Shown piece by piece: positions 47,630 to 58,420 of a stretch of 64,000 nt of DNA; within the stretch, counting starts at the first letter, position 1, and every line of letters begins with the position of its first letter. Source of the DNA: Alphaproteobacteria bacterium. Its GTDB lineage: Bacteria; Pseudomonadota; Alphaproteobacteria; Bin95. A program made the position numbers and the translations under genes. The stretch spans positions 4,288,001 to 4,352,000 of the forward strand of contig CBDBGH010000003.1 of NCBI GenBank assembly GCA_965205265.1, written 5' to 3'. A model generated the notes under the pieces. It was given only the letters and a program-made list of their open reading frames with translations. It made no database searches and had not been told where the DNA came from.

Positions 47630-47646
47630 GTTGCCGAATTGGCAAC
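47630..47646. promoter_or_regulatory. Putative LysR box upstream of the catabolic operon
   Basis: Perfect inverted repeat GTTGCC-GAATT-GGCAAC containing T-N11-A, ~80-95 bp upstream of the first ATG. Confidence 0.6.
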
Positions 47647-47750
47647 AGCTCGCGATGGTTATGCTCGGTCGAAATGGCCGCGCTCTGCGCGGAGATGTTC
47701 GCCAATTTGCGGATCGACGCCGAGTTCATTGCGGCCCTGAAACCCAGGCG

Positions 47751-48353
47751 TTACCCCGGATCGTCGTCCGAGGTCGAAATCCTTCGCGATCCTGTTACCC
47801 ACTCGTCGAGCTCGGCCCTCACATAGCGCACGCGGTTGCCCAAGCGGTAGTAAGGCGGGCCATCGCCCGTGACGCGATAGCGGTTCATCGTGCGCACCGA
47901 GAGACCGAGATATTCGGCCGCCTCGCGGTTGTTCAGGTATTTGGCTCGAGTAGTCGGTGCCGTTTCCTCCGAAGAGCCCCGTTCCGAATCTCCGCCATCC
48001 CCGGCACCCCCGGGGCAAGGCCATGACACGCGCTGCGACGCGCTCGTAGAGGGGATCGGCGCCGCCGGCGGTCTGGCCGAGGATGATACGCGCAAGCCGC
48101 CTCGCCTGGTCGGCGTGGTCTTGTCGTACCGGCCGATCACGACCCGTTTGTTGTGCGCCTTCCGGCCGCGGTCGCCGGTGCGGTAGTTGACGATGAAGGA
48201 CTTGGTGCCACCAGGACGGATGCACACGCCGAAGCCGGTCAGCTTGTCGTCCCAGGCGATCCAGGACTTGTCGGTCGGCTGGAGCGTATCGATGATCCGC
48301 TTGGTGAGCGTGGTGCGCGGCTTGGCCGTCCGTTTTCCGGGAGTCGGTGGCAT
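47751..48353 (-). pseudogene. Integrase arm-binding-domain remnant (frameshifted) joined to an excisionase/AlpA-like HTH
   Basis: LTKR.ID, WD..L.GFGV...GG.KSF; continuation DQARRLAR in another frame; then YLNNREAAEYLGLSVRT..GDGPPY..LG.RVRY. Confidence 0.75.
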
Positions 48354-48614
48354 GGAATTCGTTCGGTTGTCGGTTAGCGAAGCCACCCCCAATACTCACC
48401 CCGTCTACCCGGCTAACACACCGAGACCAGGAACTAAAATGCCTGGCATGACCGAATCCATGCGTGCACAGCATGACCTCGGCGGTCGAGGGCGATCCGG
48501 GGATCGAGAACCATGTGGACGCCGCGCTAGGACGCCTTTCGTGTGGAGGGTTGGCAAGGCTCGGGAGCGGTCCCGGTGGGGAGCGCGGACCGGGTTCAGG
48601 CCTGCACTTTACCG

Positions 48615-51600
48615 TCAGCTCGCTTTCGAGATCACGCCCGTGTTGACTTCTTCGAGCTTGTCGAAGATCCCCTCGATGACGTTCGATTTGTCGCTGAACA
48701 GTTCCTCCGGCCCGCCCCCGTGAATGCCGCTGAACGGCGCTTCGTAGAGGGCGGACGCCTCCATGATCCCCCTGGCGGTCAACTGGTCGATGACCATTTC
48801 GACGAAGCGGATCTGCGGCGGGTTCAGGCTGTGATCGTTCAGGAACTCCGAGAAGGCGGCCTGCGCGGCCGCGCGGTCGAGGCCCATCAGGGCGCGGACG
48901 AAGTGCGCCAGCGACGGCGCCTCGCTTCGGGCCAGCAGCCCCGTAAGCAGCGTCTTCCCATCCTCTTCGCCGACCTCGACGAGAGCCACCTCCAGCGCCG
49001 CCAGGTCGGCCTCGGTCAGGGGCTGGTTGGTCCGCAATTTGTGGATCACCAGGTGGTCCTTGTGGCTGTCCAGGTAGGTCCTCACCTTCCTCTCGTATTG
49101 GGCGCTGGTCATCTTCGGCATGGGGATCGGCTCGTCGTCCCTCACCCTCAGTATCTCGTCCTCGAAATCGGTGTAGACGATGGTCCGCTTCTTCCTGTCC
49201 AGCAACGGCACCAGCCCGCGCAGGCGCACCCGCAAGTCCTCAAGGCGGGCGAGGTTCATTCCCTCCCAGAACTCGAACTCCTGCATGGCGGCCAGATAAT
49301 CGAGTTGGGCCTTCACGGCCGGGATGGCGCTCTTCTCCTCCAGGAGCGATGCGATCTCGACCATCCGCTGCCGGCGCGTTTCGTAGGCGCCCTGATCTCC
49401 TTCCGCGAATGCGAGCTGCATGGTCAACGCCGTGAGATCGAACAATAGAGACTCGATTTCGTCCGTTTCGGTCCCGCTGGGCAGACCGGCGACGTTGCGC
49501 TGGAGGCGCTCGATGTCGTCCTCGCCGAGCCGGTTCCAGGCGCCGCGCTCCCGGTAGCGGTCCACATCCTCCAGATGCATTCGGACGATGAAGTTGTCGC
49601 GGTTCATTGCCGCGACCTCGCCGTGGAGCTCATCGGTCAGCGAGCTTGCAAGCCCGCCGCCCTCGTCCAGGTCCGGCGTTCTCTGCACACGGGCCAGCAA
49701 CTGAACGCGGGACCGGAACAGCCGCGTTCCCAGCGGAACGGCTTCTCCGCTCTCGATGCCATCCGGGTTTTCCCGGAAGAAGTCGAAGTTGAAACAGAAA
49801 TCGAAGATCCGGAAGTCCTGCTTGTCTTTGTCCGGCCCGAACAGTTCGGGACACAGCCGGGTGCCCCGGCCGATCATTTGCCAGAACTTGATCTTGGAAT
49901 AGACCGGCTTGAAGAAGACCAGGTTAGCGACTTCGGGAATGTCGATGCCCGTATCCAGCATATCCACCGAGATGGCGATGTGCGGCGCCTTGTCCTTTTG
50001 CGAGAAGTCGTCGATCAGGCTTTGGGGATACTTGGCGTAATGGTCGATGACGCGCGCGAAGTGCCCCCTGCAGTGAGGGTAGTGGTGATTGAACCGCTCC
50101 TCGATGAACTTTGCGTGCTCGTGGTTGCGGGCGAATATGATCGTCTTGGCGAGACGGTCGCCGCCGGCGACCGTATGTCCGTTCACCATCAGGTGTTGCA
50201 GCACCTTGTCGACGGTATCCTCGTTGAACAGCCAACTGTTGATTGCGGCGGCATTGACGCGGTCCGGTAACTCTCCTGGCTCCGCATCGTCCCCCCAATC
50301 GAGGCTTTCCCACTGCTCCTTTTCTTCGTCGCTGAGGGAATTGTAATCGATTCCTTCGCGAGGGAATTTCAGATCGACCTGTTGACCCCGAGGAGGGACC
50401 AGGAATCCGTCGGCCACCGCCGTTTCAAGTTCGTAGGCGTCCGTCGGCACGCCCGGCTCCAGGTCGAAGAGCTGGTAGGTATTCCGGTCCACCTGGTCGC
50501 GCGGCGTCGCGGTCAGCCCGACCAGCAGGGAATCGAAGTAGCGGAAGATCGTGCCGTACCTCCGGTAGACCGACCGGTGGGCCTCGTCGATGATCACCAG
50601 ATCGAAATGGCCGACGCCGAAACGCGCCTCGCCGCCTTTGGTCTCGTCGATCAACCCCATCATGGTCGGATAGGTGCTGACATAGACCCGGCCCTCGGTC
50701 TCCTTCTCGGTCACCAGGTTGACCGGGCTCGACTCCGGCAGGTGGGTCTTGAAGGCGTTGACGGCCTGATTGACCAGGGACACCCGGTCGGCCAGGAACA
50801 ATGCCCGCTTGATCCAGCCTGCCCGCTGAAGGAGGTCCACCAGCGCGATGGCCGTCCGCGTCTTGCCGGTGCCGGTGGCCATCACCAGCAGCGCCTTGCG
50901 CCGCGACTTGGCGAACTGGTCTCCGATGCTGGCGATGGCCCGCTTCTGGTAGTAGCGCTCGACGATGGCATCCTTCACCTGGGCGACATCGAGCGGCTGT
51001 CGCTGTTCGCGGCGGTGGATGAGGGTTGTGAGTTCGTCCTTCTTGTAGAAGCCGGCGGCGGCCCGGGGCGGGTAGGCAAGGTCGTCCCACAGAAACGTCT
51101 TGTAGCCGTTGGTGTAGAAGATGACCGGCCGTTGGCCGTGCATGGCTTCCAGGCAGTCGGCGTAGAGCTTCGCCTGCTGCTGGCCCGCCTCCGGTGCGAT
51201 TGTGGTCCTTTTCGCTTCCACCACGGCCAGCGGCTTGCCGTCGTCGCCCCAGAGAACATAGTCCGCATAGCCGACGCCTTTCTCGTTCGGCATGCCGGTG
51301 ACTTCGTACTCCCGGTCTTGGGGCCGGTCCAAGGCCCACCCGGCCCGCTGCAAGTCGAGGTCGATAAGCCGCTCGCGGGTCTCGGCCTCGTTCCAGTCGT
51401 GGGTCTCGGGGACCGTGTCGTTTTCGGCCTTGATCGCGGCGAGCTTCTCGCGGAGCGCTTCCAGCTCGCCCTCGGCTTCCTTCCTGTCTTCCTCCGCCGC
51501 GTCCCGCTCGGCCTCCAGCGCTTCGATGGCCGCGGGCTTGGCCACGGGCTCCCCCTTGGGAACCAGCGACTCGTCGTATGTCCTGCCCTGGAGTTCCTCC

Positions 51601-51992
51601 GCCCCCTTGCGCAGGTACGTGCGGCCCGCCCAGTAGGCGACGTGGAACAGCTCGCGCAGGACGGCGAGGGCGGTCTCGGGCGTCGGCGTCTTGTTGCCGT
51701 GCACGGCCACGTTGCCCGCACGCCGGATATACTCGGCCTTTTGCCATACGGCCTCGGGCGCCAGCGCTTGGAACGCCGGCTCATGAAGGTAGGCGTCCAG
51801 GTTGGTGGTCTGCGGCGGGCTCAGGGCCTTGTCGACTTTGTAGATGCGTTTCAGCAGCCGCTCCAACGCAAGCCGGGCGTGGAAGCAGGACGCCCGCGGA
51901 TCGCCATGGACGTGACGCTCCGCGTAGCTTGCGCTCTCCGCCACATGCACGAATTCCTGCTCCAGGAACGCGAAGTTGGCGGAGGTCTCCAT
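48615..51992 (-). CDS. hsdR: Type I RM endonuclease subunit (EcoAI/EcoEI-like) with DUF4145 N-terminus; full-length ORF
   Basis: ADYVL..VVEAK, QA..YA, MATGTGKT, DEAH, LTATP, QMIGRGTR. Confidence 0.93.
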   Translation of the reverse strand: METSANFAFLEQEFVHVAESASYAERHVHGDPRASCFHARLALERLLKRIYKVDKALSPPQTTNLDAYLHEPAFQALAPEAVWQKAEYIRRAGNVAVHGNKTPTPETALAVLRELFHVAYWAGRTYLRKGAEELQGRTYDESLVPKGEPVAKPAAIEALEAERDAAEEDRKEAEGELEALREKLAAIKAENDTVPETHDWNEAETRERLIDLDLQRAGWALDRPQDREYEVTGMPNEKGVGYADYVLWGDDGKPLAVVEAKRTTIAPEAGQQQAKLYADCLEAMHGQRPVIFYTNGYKTFLWDDLAYPPRAAAGFYKKDELTTLIHRREQRQPLDVAQVKDAIVERYYQKRAIASIGDQFAKSRRKALLVMATGTGKTRTAIALVDLLQRAGWIKRALFLADRVSLVNQAVNAFKTHLPESSPVNLVTEKETEGRVYVSTYPTMMGLIDETKGGEARFGVGHFDLVIIDEAHRSVYRRYGTIFRYFDSLLVGLTATPRDQVDRNTYQLFDLEPGVPTDAYELETAVADGFLVPPRGQQVDLKFPREGIDYNSLSDEEKEQWESLDWGDDAEPGELPDRVNAAAINSWLFNEDTVDKVLQHLMVNGHTVAGGDRLAKTIIFARNHEHAKFIEERFNHHYPHCRGHFARVIDHYAKYPQSLIDDFSQKDKAPHIAISVDMLDTGIDIPEVANLVFFKPVYSKIKFWQMIGRGTRLCPELFGPDKDKQDFRIFDFCFNFDFFRENPDGIESGEAVPLGTRLFRSRVQLLARVQRTPDLDEGGGLASSLTDELHGEVAAMNRDNFIVRMHLEDVDRYRERGAWNRLGEDDIERLQRNVAGLPSGTETDEIESLLFDLTALTMQLAFAEGDQGAYETRRQRMVEIASLLEEKSAIPAVKAQLDYLAAMQEFEFWEGMNLARLEDLRVRLRGLVPLLDRKKRTIVYTDFEDEILRVRDDEPIPMPKMTSAQYERKVRTYLDSHKDHLVIHKLRTNQPLTEADLAALEVALVEVGEEDGKTLLTGLLARSEAPSLAHFVRALMGLDRAAAQAAFSEFLNDHSLNPPQIRFVEMVIDQLTARGIMEASALYEAPFSGIHGGGPEELFSDKSNVIEGIFDKLEEVNTGVISKAS

Positions 51993-51993
51993 T
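51466..51993. repeat. 528-bp target-site duplication, left copy (partner 53910-54437)
   Basis: tcgccctcggc...ggtctccatt abuts both ends of IS copy 3; identical translations. Confidence 0.93.
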
Positions 51994-53909
51994 CCTGACT
52001 TCGACGGTTGGGCTGACTTCTGACCGATCTCGCGTCTGGAGTTTTCAGTAAAGCCAATGAGTTGGCAGTTGCGGTGCGGTCAAGCTGCGTTGTAGTGCCT
52101 AGTAAATCTTTGAGACTGTCAATGCCTCCGCCACGCGCTACACTCCCCCCATGTTCGTGCGCATCAAGACCTCCCCCAACAGCCCGCGACGCTCGGTCCA
52201 GATCGTCGAGGCCGTGCGCGACGGCGGCAAGGTCCGACAGCGCATCGTCCGCCATGTCGGCGTGGCCATGGACGAGGACGAGCTCGAGCGCCTGAGGCAG
52301 CTCGGCGAGTACGTCAAGGCGAAGCTGGAGGACGAGCGTCAGCCGGCATTGTTTGCGCCCGAGAAGATCGCTGAGCAGGCGATCCGTGTCGGCCGCCGGG
52401 GGGACGGCAAGGAGGAACTCCCGGTCGACCTCAAGCAGCTTGAAGAGGAGCAGCGCCTGATCACAGGCATCCACGAGGTCTATGGCGAGATCTACCGGCT
52501 GCTGGGCCTCGACGCGCTGCTGCCGCGCTCGCGCTACCGGGCCTCCCATGACGCGCTGTTCCATGTGGTGATGGCGCGGGTAGCCAACCCCGACAGCAAG
52601 CGGGGCAGCGTGCGCCGGCTCGAGGAGGACTTCGGCGTGAGTCTTCCGCTCGAGAAGGTCTACCGGATGATGGATCAGCTCGACGCGACGGTGATCGAGC
52701 GACTGCGCACGCGCGTCGGCGAGGCGAGCCGGTCGCTGCTGCCGGAGCCGGTCGCGATCCTCTTCTTCGATTGCACCACGCTCTACTTCGAGACGGCCGC
52801 CGAGGACGAGCTTCGCCAGCACGGCTTCAGCAAGGACGGCAAACACAAGGACTCGCAGGTTCTGCTGGCGCTGATGGTGACGCGCGAAGGGCTGCCGATC
52901 AGCTACGAGGTCTTCCCCGGCGCCACCTACGAGGGACACAGCATGGTCCCGGTCCTGCAGGACATGCAGCGCCGCCACCAGGTGGAGCGCACGGTATGCG
53001 TGGCCGACCGGGGCATGCTGAGCGCCGACAACCTCGACGCCATGGACGCCATCGGCGGCGAGTATGTCGTCGGCGCGCGGCTGCGCAAGCTGCCGCTCGC
53101 GCTGCTGGGGCAGGTTCTCGACCCCGGGACCTATGCCCCGCTGGAGGGCTCACAGGACCGCCGGGTCGGCGAGTGGGAGTACAAGGGCCGTCGCCTGATC
53201 GTCGTCTTCTGCCCCCAGCGCGCACGCAAGGACGCGCACGAGCGCCGCCATCAGGTGGAACGCCTGCTCGACAGGCTGGCCCGCAGCGACAATCCCAGGG
53301 AACTGCTCTCCAATCACGGGGCGAAGCGCTTCATCGCCGTCGAGGGCGACGCACGGCTCACGGTGAACCCGGAGAAGATCGCCGAGGCCGCACGATGGGA
53401 CGGGCTCACCGGCGTCATCACCAATCTGCGCGACGCGCGCGTCACCGAAGTGATGGCTCACTACCAGGGGCTCTGGCAGGTCGAGGAGAGCTTCCGGATC
53501 ACCAAACACGACCTGAAGATACGTCCCATCTGGCACTGGAACCCGGACCGGATCCGCGCTCACATCGCCATCGCCTTCCTGGCCTTCGCCTGCGTTCGAC
53601 ACCTTGCGTACCGCGTCGCCATCCAGAAGCGGCGGATGTCCCCGGAGGTCATCCGCTCCGCCCTCGTCCACCGCCAGTGCTCCCTGCTGCGCTGTCGGCA
53701 ATCGGGCAACCGCTACGTCATCCCCTCGAAGCCGACACCGGCGGCGGAGCAGATTTACGCAACCATGGGGCTGCCCCTGACGATCACCCCGTATCAACTC
53801 GCCTGACCGTCGACGAAGCACGGCTCGAAGAAATGCCGGATGTAGTGCCTAGCCGAAATGAGAACCAGGCAATATCAACTACTTATGCGAATCAACCGTC
53901 GAAGTCAGG
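51994..53909 (+). mobile_element. IS1634-family element, copy 3 (1916 bp)
   Basis: Same TIRs and transposase. Confidence 0.93.
52151..53806 (+). CDS. IS1634-family transposase
   Basis: Identical translation to the other copies. Confidence 0.93.
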   Translation: MFVRIKTSPNSPRRSVQIVEAVRDGGKVRQRIVRHVGVAMDEDELERLRQLGEYVKAKLEDERQPALFAPEKIAEQAIRVGRRGDGKEELPVDLKQLEEEQRLITGIHEVYGEIYRLLGLDALLPRSRYRASHDALFHVVMARVANPDSKRGSVRRLEEDFGVSLPLEKVYRMMDQLDATVIERLRTRVGEASRSLLPEPVAILFFDCTTLYFETAAEDELRQHGFSKDGKHKDSQVLLALMVTREGLPISYEVFPGATYEGHSMVPVLQDMQRRHQVERTVCVADRGMLSADNLDAMDAIGGEYVVGARLRKLPLALLGQVLDPGTYAPLEGSQDRRVGEWEYKGRRLIVVFCPQRARKDAHERRHQVERLLDRLARSDNPRELLSNHGAKRFIAVEGDARLTVNPEKIAEAARWDGLTGVITNLRDARVTEVMAHYQGLWQVEESFRITKHDLKIRPIWHWNPDRIRAHIAIAFLAFACVRHLAYRVAIQKRRMSPEVIRSALVHRQCSLLRCRQSGNRYVIPSKPTPAAEQIYATMGLPLTITPYQLA

Positions 53910-54436
53910 TCGCCCTCGGCTTCCTTCCTGTCTTCCTCCGCCGCGTCCCGCTCGGCCTCCAGCGCTTCGATGGCCGCGGGCTTGGCCACGGGCTCCCCCT
54001 TGGGAACCAGCGACTCGTCGTATGTCCTGCCCTGGAGTTCCTCCGCCCCCTTGCGCAGGTACGTGCGGCCCGCCCAGTAGGCGACGTGGAACAGCTCGCG
54101 CAGGACGGCGAGGGCGGTCTCGGGCGTCGGCGTCTTGTTGCCGTGCACGGCCACGTTGCCCGCACGCCGGATATACTCGGCCTTTTGCCATACGGCCTCG
54201 GGCGCCAGCGCTTGGAACGCCGGCTCATGAAGGTAGGCGTCCAGGTTGGTGGTCTGCGGCGGGCTCAGGGCCTTGTCGACTTTGTAGATGCGTTTCAGCA
54301 GCCGCTCCAACGCAAGCCGGGCGTGGAAGCAGGACGCCCGCGGATCGCCATGGACGTGACGCTCCGCGTAGCTTGCGCTCTCCGCCACATGCACGAATTC
54401 CTGCTCCAGGAACGCGAAGTTGGCGGAGGTCTCCAT
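53879..54436 (-). pseudogene. Duplicated hsdR 5' fragment: 175 aa DUF4145-like domain plus IS-derived tail
   Basis: Same N-terminus as 48615-51992; ends DLTSTVDSHK from the IS right end. Confidence 0.88.
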
Positions 54437-54437
54437 T
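53910..54437. repeat. 528-bp target-site duplication, right copy
   Basis: Matches 51466-51993. Confidence 0.93.
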
Positions 54438-54440
54438 TAG

Positions 54441-55616
54441 CTAGAGTTCCCCTTTGAAGGCGCGTGATTGCAGGGAGGCGAAGAGGGTATCGAGTTCATC
54501 CAAGTGTGCGCGCTGCTTGGCTTTTTGCCGTTCAACGGATTCGACGATGGTGGCGAAGCGGCGTTGGAGATCGATGGGTGGCTTCAGAACGAAAATTTTC
54601 TGCATCGCCTTCGCATCAAATCTGCGCGTACCATGAGCGGCGCTTGAAACCTCAGATAGTATTTGTCTCTTAAGCTGGCCTACGCACTCCAGTAAGAAAT
54701 CGACTCGATAGGCATCTGATGGATAAATTGCCTTCATGTCCTGGTTAACGGCAACCGGAACCCGGTTAATTGCCGCTGGGAACGAATGTGCGAGGATCAT
54801 CCCCCGCACCACGATCAATAGGTGGCCAGATGGCAAGAGCTTGAGATTTGTCTCCTCAAACACCGAATCGCTCACATAGTCTTGAGAGCCATAGATCTGA
54901 GAAACCTTCATGTCCTTAGGGCTAACCCAAGGAGTGGTGCCAACCCAATAATCTTCTCGCGCCTTGCTGGGAGTGGCGCCGCTTATAAACTCGCCAATGT
55001 CCACGAATTTTACAGTATCCCACCCCATTGAATTTTTGACGGGATCACCGAACATGTCGAGGAATGTCGATTGGAGGAGGGTGTCGAGTTGCGCGAGGGA
55101 CTCGCGGCGTTTAGCCCGCAGGTCGTCTGCCGCGTCCAGGATCGCCGCAATCCGCTTTTGCTCCTCAAGCGGCGGGAGGGGTAATTGGAGTTTCCTAAAA
55201 CTTGAAATATTGAAACTCGATTGGTTCACTGAATGCTTCGTAATTCGGGGTAACTGCCTCCGAAAACTAGGTGATGACAACATTCTGTATGCGTACCGGG
55301 AATCCACCTCAGCCTGATCAGCCCTAAGCACCAGGAGATTCATCCCGTGAACAAGATCCGTCGGCTCTCCCTCATAGATAGCGCACTTTCCCAAGTGTTT
55401 TGTGCTGTTGATATGGCTGATGAGGATGTCTCCAGGCTGGAGGAGCCAGTCACTGCAATCCGTCTTCGCCAAGCCCGCAAACCCAACTTTGTCAGGGTCG
55501 ATGGTGCCGTCTGCGATTGTCTCGATGCGAGTAATCGGTAGACCGCCAGCACCAGAAGATTGCCGAACTGACTTTCCGTTCCGAAGTAGAACTGCGATTT
55601 CAGAGACAGAGTTCAT
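54441..55616 (-). CDS. hsdS: Type I RM specificity subunit
   Basis: Two TRDs; PLPPLEEQKRIA, FLDMFGDP, PPIDLQRRFA; visibly lower GC. Confidence 0.93.
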   Translation of the reverse strand: MNSVSEIAVLLRNGKSVRQSSGAGGLPITRIETIADGTIDPDKVGFAGLAKTDCSDWLLQPGDILISHINSTKHLGKCAIYEGEPTDLVHGMNLLVLRADQAEVDSRYAYRMLSSPSFRRQLPRITKHSVNQSSFNISSFRKLQLPLPPLEEQKRIAAILDAADDLRAKRRESLAQLDTLLQSTFLDMFGDPVKNSMGWDTVKFVDIGEFISGATPSKAREDYWVGTTPWVSPKDMKVSQIYGSQDYVSDSVFEETNLKLLPSGHLLIVVRGMILAHSFPAAINRVPVAVNQDMKAIYPSDAYRVDFLLECVGQLKRQILSEVSSAAHGTRRFDAKAMQKIFVLKPPIDLQRRFATIVESVERQKAKQRAHLDELDTLFASLQSRAFKGEL

Positions 55617-56852
55617 GTTGTCAACATCTCCTCCAACTCCGCACGTCCCTTTGTGATTTCGTCCTCTAGCTCCGCTAGACGACCCAAGATTTCCTCCGGC
55701 GGGTCATACTCCACTGCTTCATACTCGATCTCCTTGTATCGGTTGATCGAGAGGTCGTAGTCGTTGTCAGCGATTTCATCTTTGGGCACGAGAAAACTCT
55801 GATCGGTCCGCTTGCGTTCAGCCTCGTTATTGCGGCCCCGCCAACGGGTGAGGATGTCGGCTAGATCGCTCTTGTCGGGCTCAGGCGTGCGCTTGTCGTC
55901 GAGCGAATATCCATCCGCCTGCATGTCGTAGAACCAGACGTTGTCCGTCCCCCCGGAGTTGGTCTTGGTGAACAGCAGGATGGCCGTGGAGACGCCCGCG
56001 TAGGGTTTGAACACGCCCGACGGCATGGAGATCACCGCATCGAGTTTCTGGTCCTCGACCAGAATCCTGCACAGGGCCTTGTGCGCCTTGCTCGATCCGA
56101 ACAGCACCCCGTCCGGCACGATGACGGCGGCGCGCCCGCCGGTCTGGAGCAACCGCAGGAAAAGAGCGAGGAACAGCAGTTCGGTCTTCTTGGTCTTGAC
56201 GGCCCGTTGCAAATCCTTGGCGGTCGACTCGTAGTCGAGACTGCCGGCGAAGGGCGGATTGGCGAGAACCAGGGAATACTTCTCCGCGTCGTCGTCATCT
56301 GCCTCGGCCAGCGAGTCCCGGTAGCGGATATCCGGGTTTTCCACCCCGTGCAGCAGCATGTTCATGCTGCCGATGCGCAGCATGGTGCTGTCGAAGTCGT
56401 AGCCGTGGAACGTATGATCGTTAAAGCGCCTGCGGGCACCCTCGTCCTTGTAAATGGTGTCGCTGTGGTTTTCGACGAGGTGCTCCGAGGCGGCGATCAG
56501 GAAGCCTGCCGTGCCGCAGGCCGGATCGCAGATCACGTCCTTGGGCGTGGGCGCGGTCATGTCGACCATCAGCTTGATGATGTGGCGCGGGGTTCGAAAT
56601 TGCCCGTTCTGTCCCGCCGTGGCGATCTTGCCCAGCATGTATTCGTAGAGATCGCCCTTGGTGTCCCTGTCGGCCATGTCGATGCCGTCCAACTGATCGA
56701 CTGCGCGTTTCAGTAAGTCCCGGCCGGTGATTACGGAAAGTCCCGGCCGGCGATTCCGGAAAGTCCCGGCCGGCATGACCGGGGCGATTTGAGTTCGGCT
56801 TTCGGGTGCGCCGACTCGGCGTCTACCCCCTGGCATTTTGCCGGGGGGTGGC

Positions 56853-58406
56853 ATGCCGGGACGGAAGCAGACGAGACGAACGACAGTGAAGGACGTCAGG
56901 GCGATCCTGCGGCTGAGCCATGGGCAGGGTCTGTCGGAGCGCGAGGTCGCGGGGCGGCTGAAGCTCTCCAGGGCGACGGTGTCGACCTATCTTCTTCGGG
57001 CCCGGGAGGCGGGCCTGTCGAGCTGGCCGCTGCCGGCGGTCTACGAGGACGACGCGGTGCTGGAACAGTTGCTGTTCCGGCGCATGGGCCGCCCGCCGCG
57101 GGATACGCGCCAGCCGCACTGGCCGACGGTGGCGGCCGAGCTGAAGCGCAAGGGCGTGACGCTGAGCCTGCTGTGGCAGGAATACCGGGCCGCGCATCCG
57201 GACGGCTACGGCTATACCTGGTTCTGCGACGCCTTCAGGGCCTTCGAGCGCCGCACGCATGCGAGCTGGCGCAACCGGCACGAGGCCGGCGCGGTGATGC
57301 AGACCGACTATGCCGGCCAGACGGTCGAGATCGTCGATCCCGAGACCGGCGAGATCCACGAGGCGCAGATCTTCGTCGCGGTGCTCGGCGCCTCGTCCTA
57401 CACCTTCGCGACCGCGAGCCTGACGCAGCGCCTGCCGGACTGGATCGCTGGGCAATGCGAAGCGCTGGCCTTCTTTGGGGGCGTGCCGAAAAGCATTGTC
57501 TGCGACAACCTGAAGGCGGGGGTGGCGAAGCCGCTCTGGTTCGAGCCGACGCTGAACGCGACCTTCGCGGCGCTGGCGGAGCACTACGACACCACCGTCC
57601 TGCCGACGCGGCCCCGAAAACCCCGGGACAAGGCGAAGGTCGAGGTTGGCGTGCAAGTGGTCGAGCGCTGGATCCTGGCCCGCCTCAGGAACCGGCGCTT
57701 CTTCTCCCTCGGGCAGCTCAACGCGGCGATCCGCGTCCTCCTGGACGAACTCAACGACCGGCCCATGCGCCATCTCGGCCAGAGCCGGCGCCAGATGTTC
57801 GAGGCCATCGAGCGCGCCGCGCTGGCGCCGCTGCCGAAGACCCCCTTCGAATACGCCGAGTGGAAGACCGCGAAGGTCCACCCCGACTACCATGTCGATG
57901 TCGAGCGCACCTTCTACTCGGTCCCTCACAGCCTGATCGGGCGCACGGTTCGGATCCGCCTCACCCGGCGCACGGTCGAGGTCTTCCATAGCCACAGGCG
58001 CGTCGCCGCCCATGCACGCCGGTCTCCCTATGGCGGGCATGTCACCGTTGCCGCTCATATGCCCAGCGCGCATCGCCGCTATGCCGATCGCACCCCGGCA
58101 AGCCTGATCGGCAGGGCAAGACGCATCGGCCCCAACACGGCCGTGCTGGTCGAGCGCATGATGCGCGACAGGCCGCATCCCGAGCAGGGCTATCGAAGCG
58201 CCATGGGCGTCATATCGCTCTCCCGGCGATACGAGGCCGAAAGGGTCGAGGCCGCCTGCGAGCGCGCGCTCACCATCAATGCGCTCAGCTACTCCTCGCT
58301 CACCGCCATCCTCCGGTCCGGCCTCGACCGCGCCGCGCCCGAGCGTGAGCCCCTCCTGCCCCTGCCGGCGCACGACAACATCCGCGGCCCCGCCTACTAC
58401 CGATGA
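56853..58406 (+). CDS. istA: IS21 transposase
   Basis: N-terminal HTH, QTDYAG, IVCDNLK, KAKVE. Confidence 0.93.
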   Translation: MPGRKQTRRTTVKDVRAILRLSHGQGLSEREVAGRLKLSRATVSTYLLRAREAGLSSWPLPAVYEDDAVLEQLLFRRMGRPPRDTRQPHWPTVAAELKRKGVTLSLLWQEYRAAHPDGYGYTWFCDAFRAFERRTHASWRNRHEAGAVMQTDYAGQTVEIVDPETGEIHEAQIFVAVLGASSYTFATASLTQRLPDWIAGQCEALAFFGGVPKSIVCDNLKAGVAKPLWFEPTLNATFAALAEHYDTTVLPTRPRKPRDKAKVEVGVQVVERWILARLRNRRFFSLGQLNAAIRVLLDELNDRPMRHLGQSRRQMFEAIERAALAPLPKTPFEYAEWKTAKVHPDYHVDVERTFYSVPHSLIGRTVRIRLTRRTVEVFHSHRRVAAHARRSPYGGHVTVAAHMPSAHRRYADRTPASLIGRARRIGPNTAVLVERMMRDRPHPEQGYRSAMGVISLSRRYEAERVEAACERALTINALSYSSLTAILRSGLDRAAPEREPLLPLPAHDNIRGPAYYR

Positions 58407-58420
58407 ACGAAGGACTTCCC

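Noticed and set aside
56714-56773. AAGTCCCGGCCGG triplet as replication iterons
   Set aside because: Mirrored at the other IS21 end; typical IS21 terminal repeats
55613-56854. 413-aa intact HsdM in the ORF track
   Set aside because: Its N-terminal ~50 aa come from the IS21 left end; the true N-terminus is at 59301-59706
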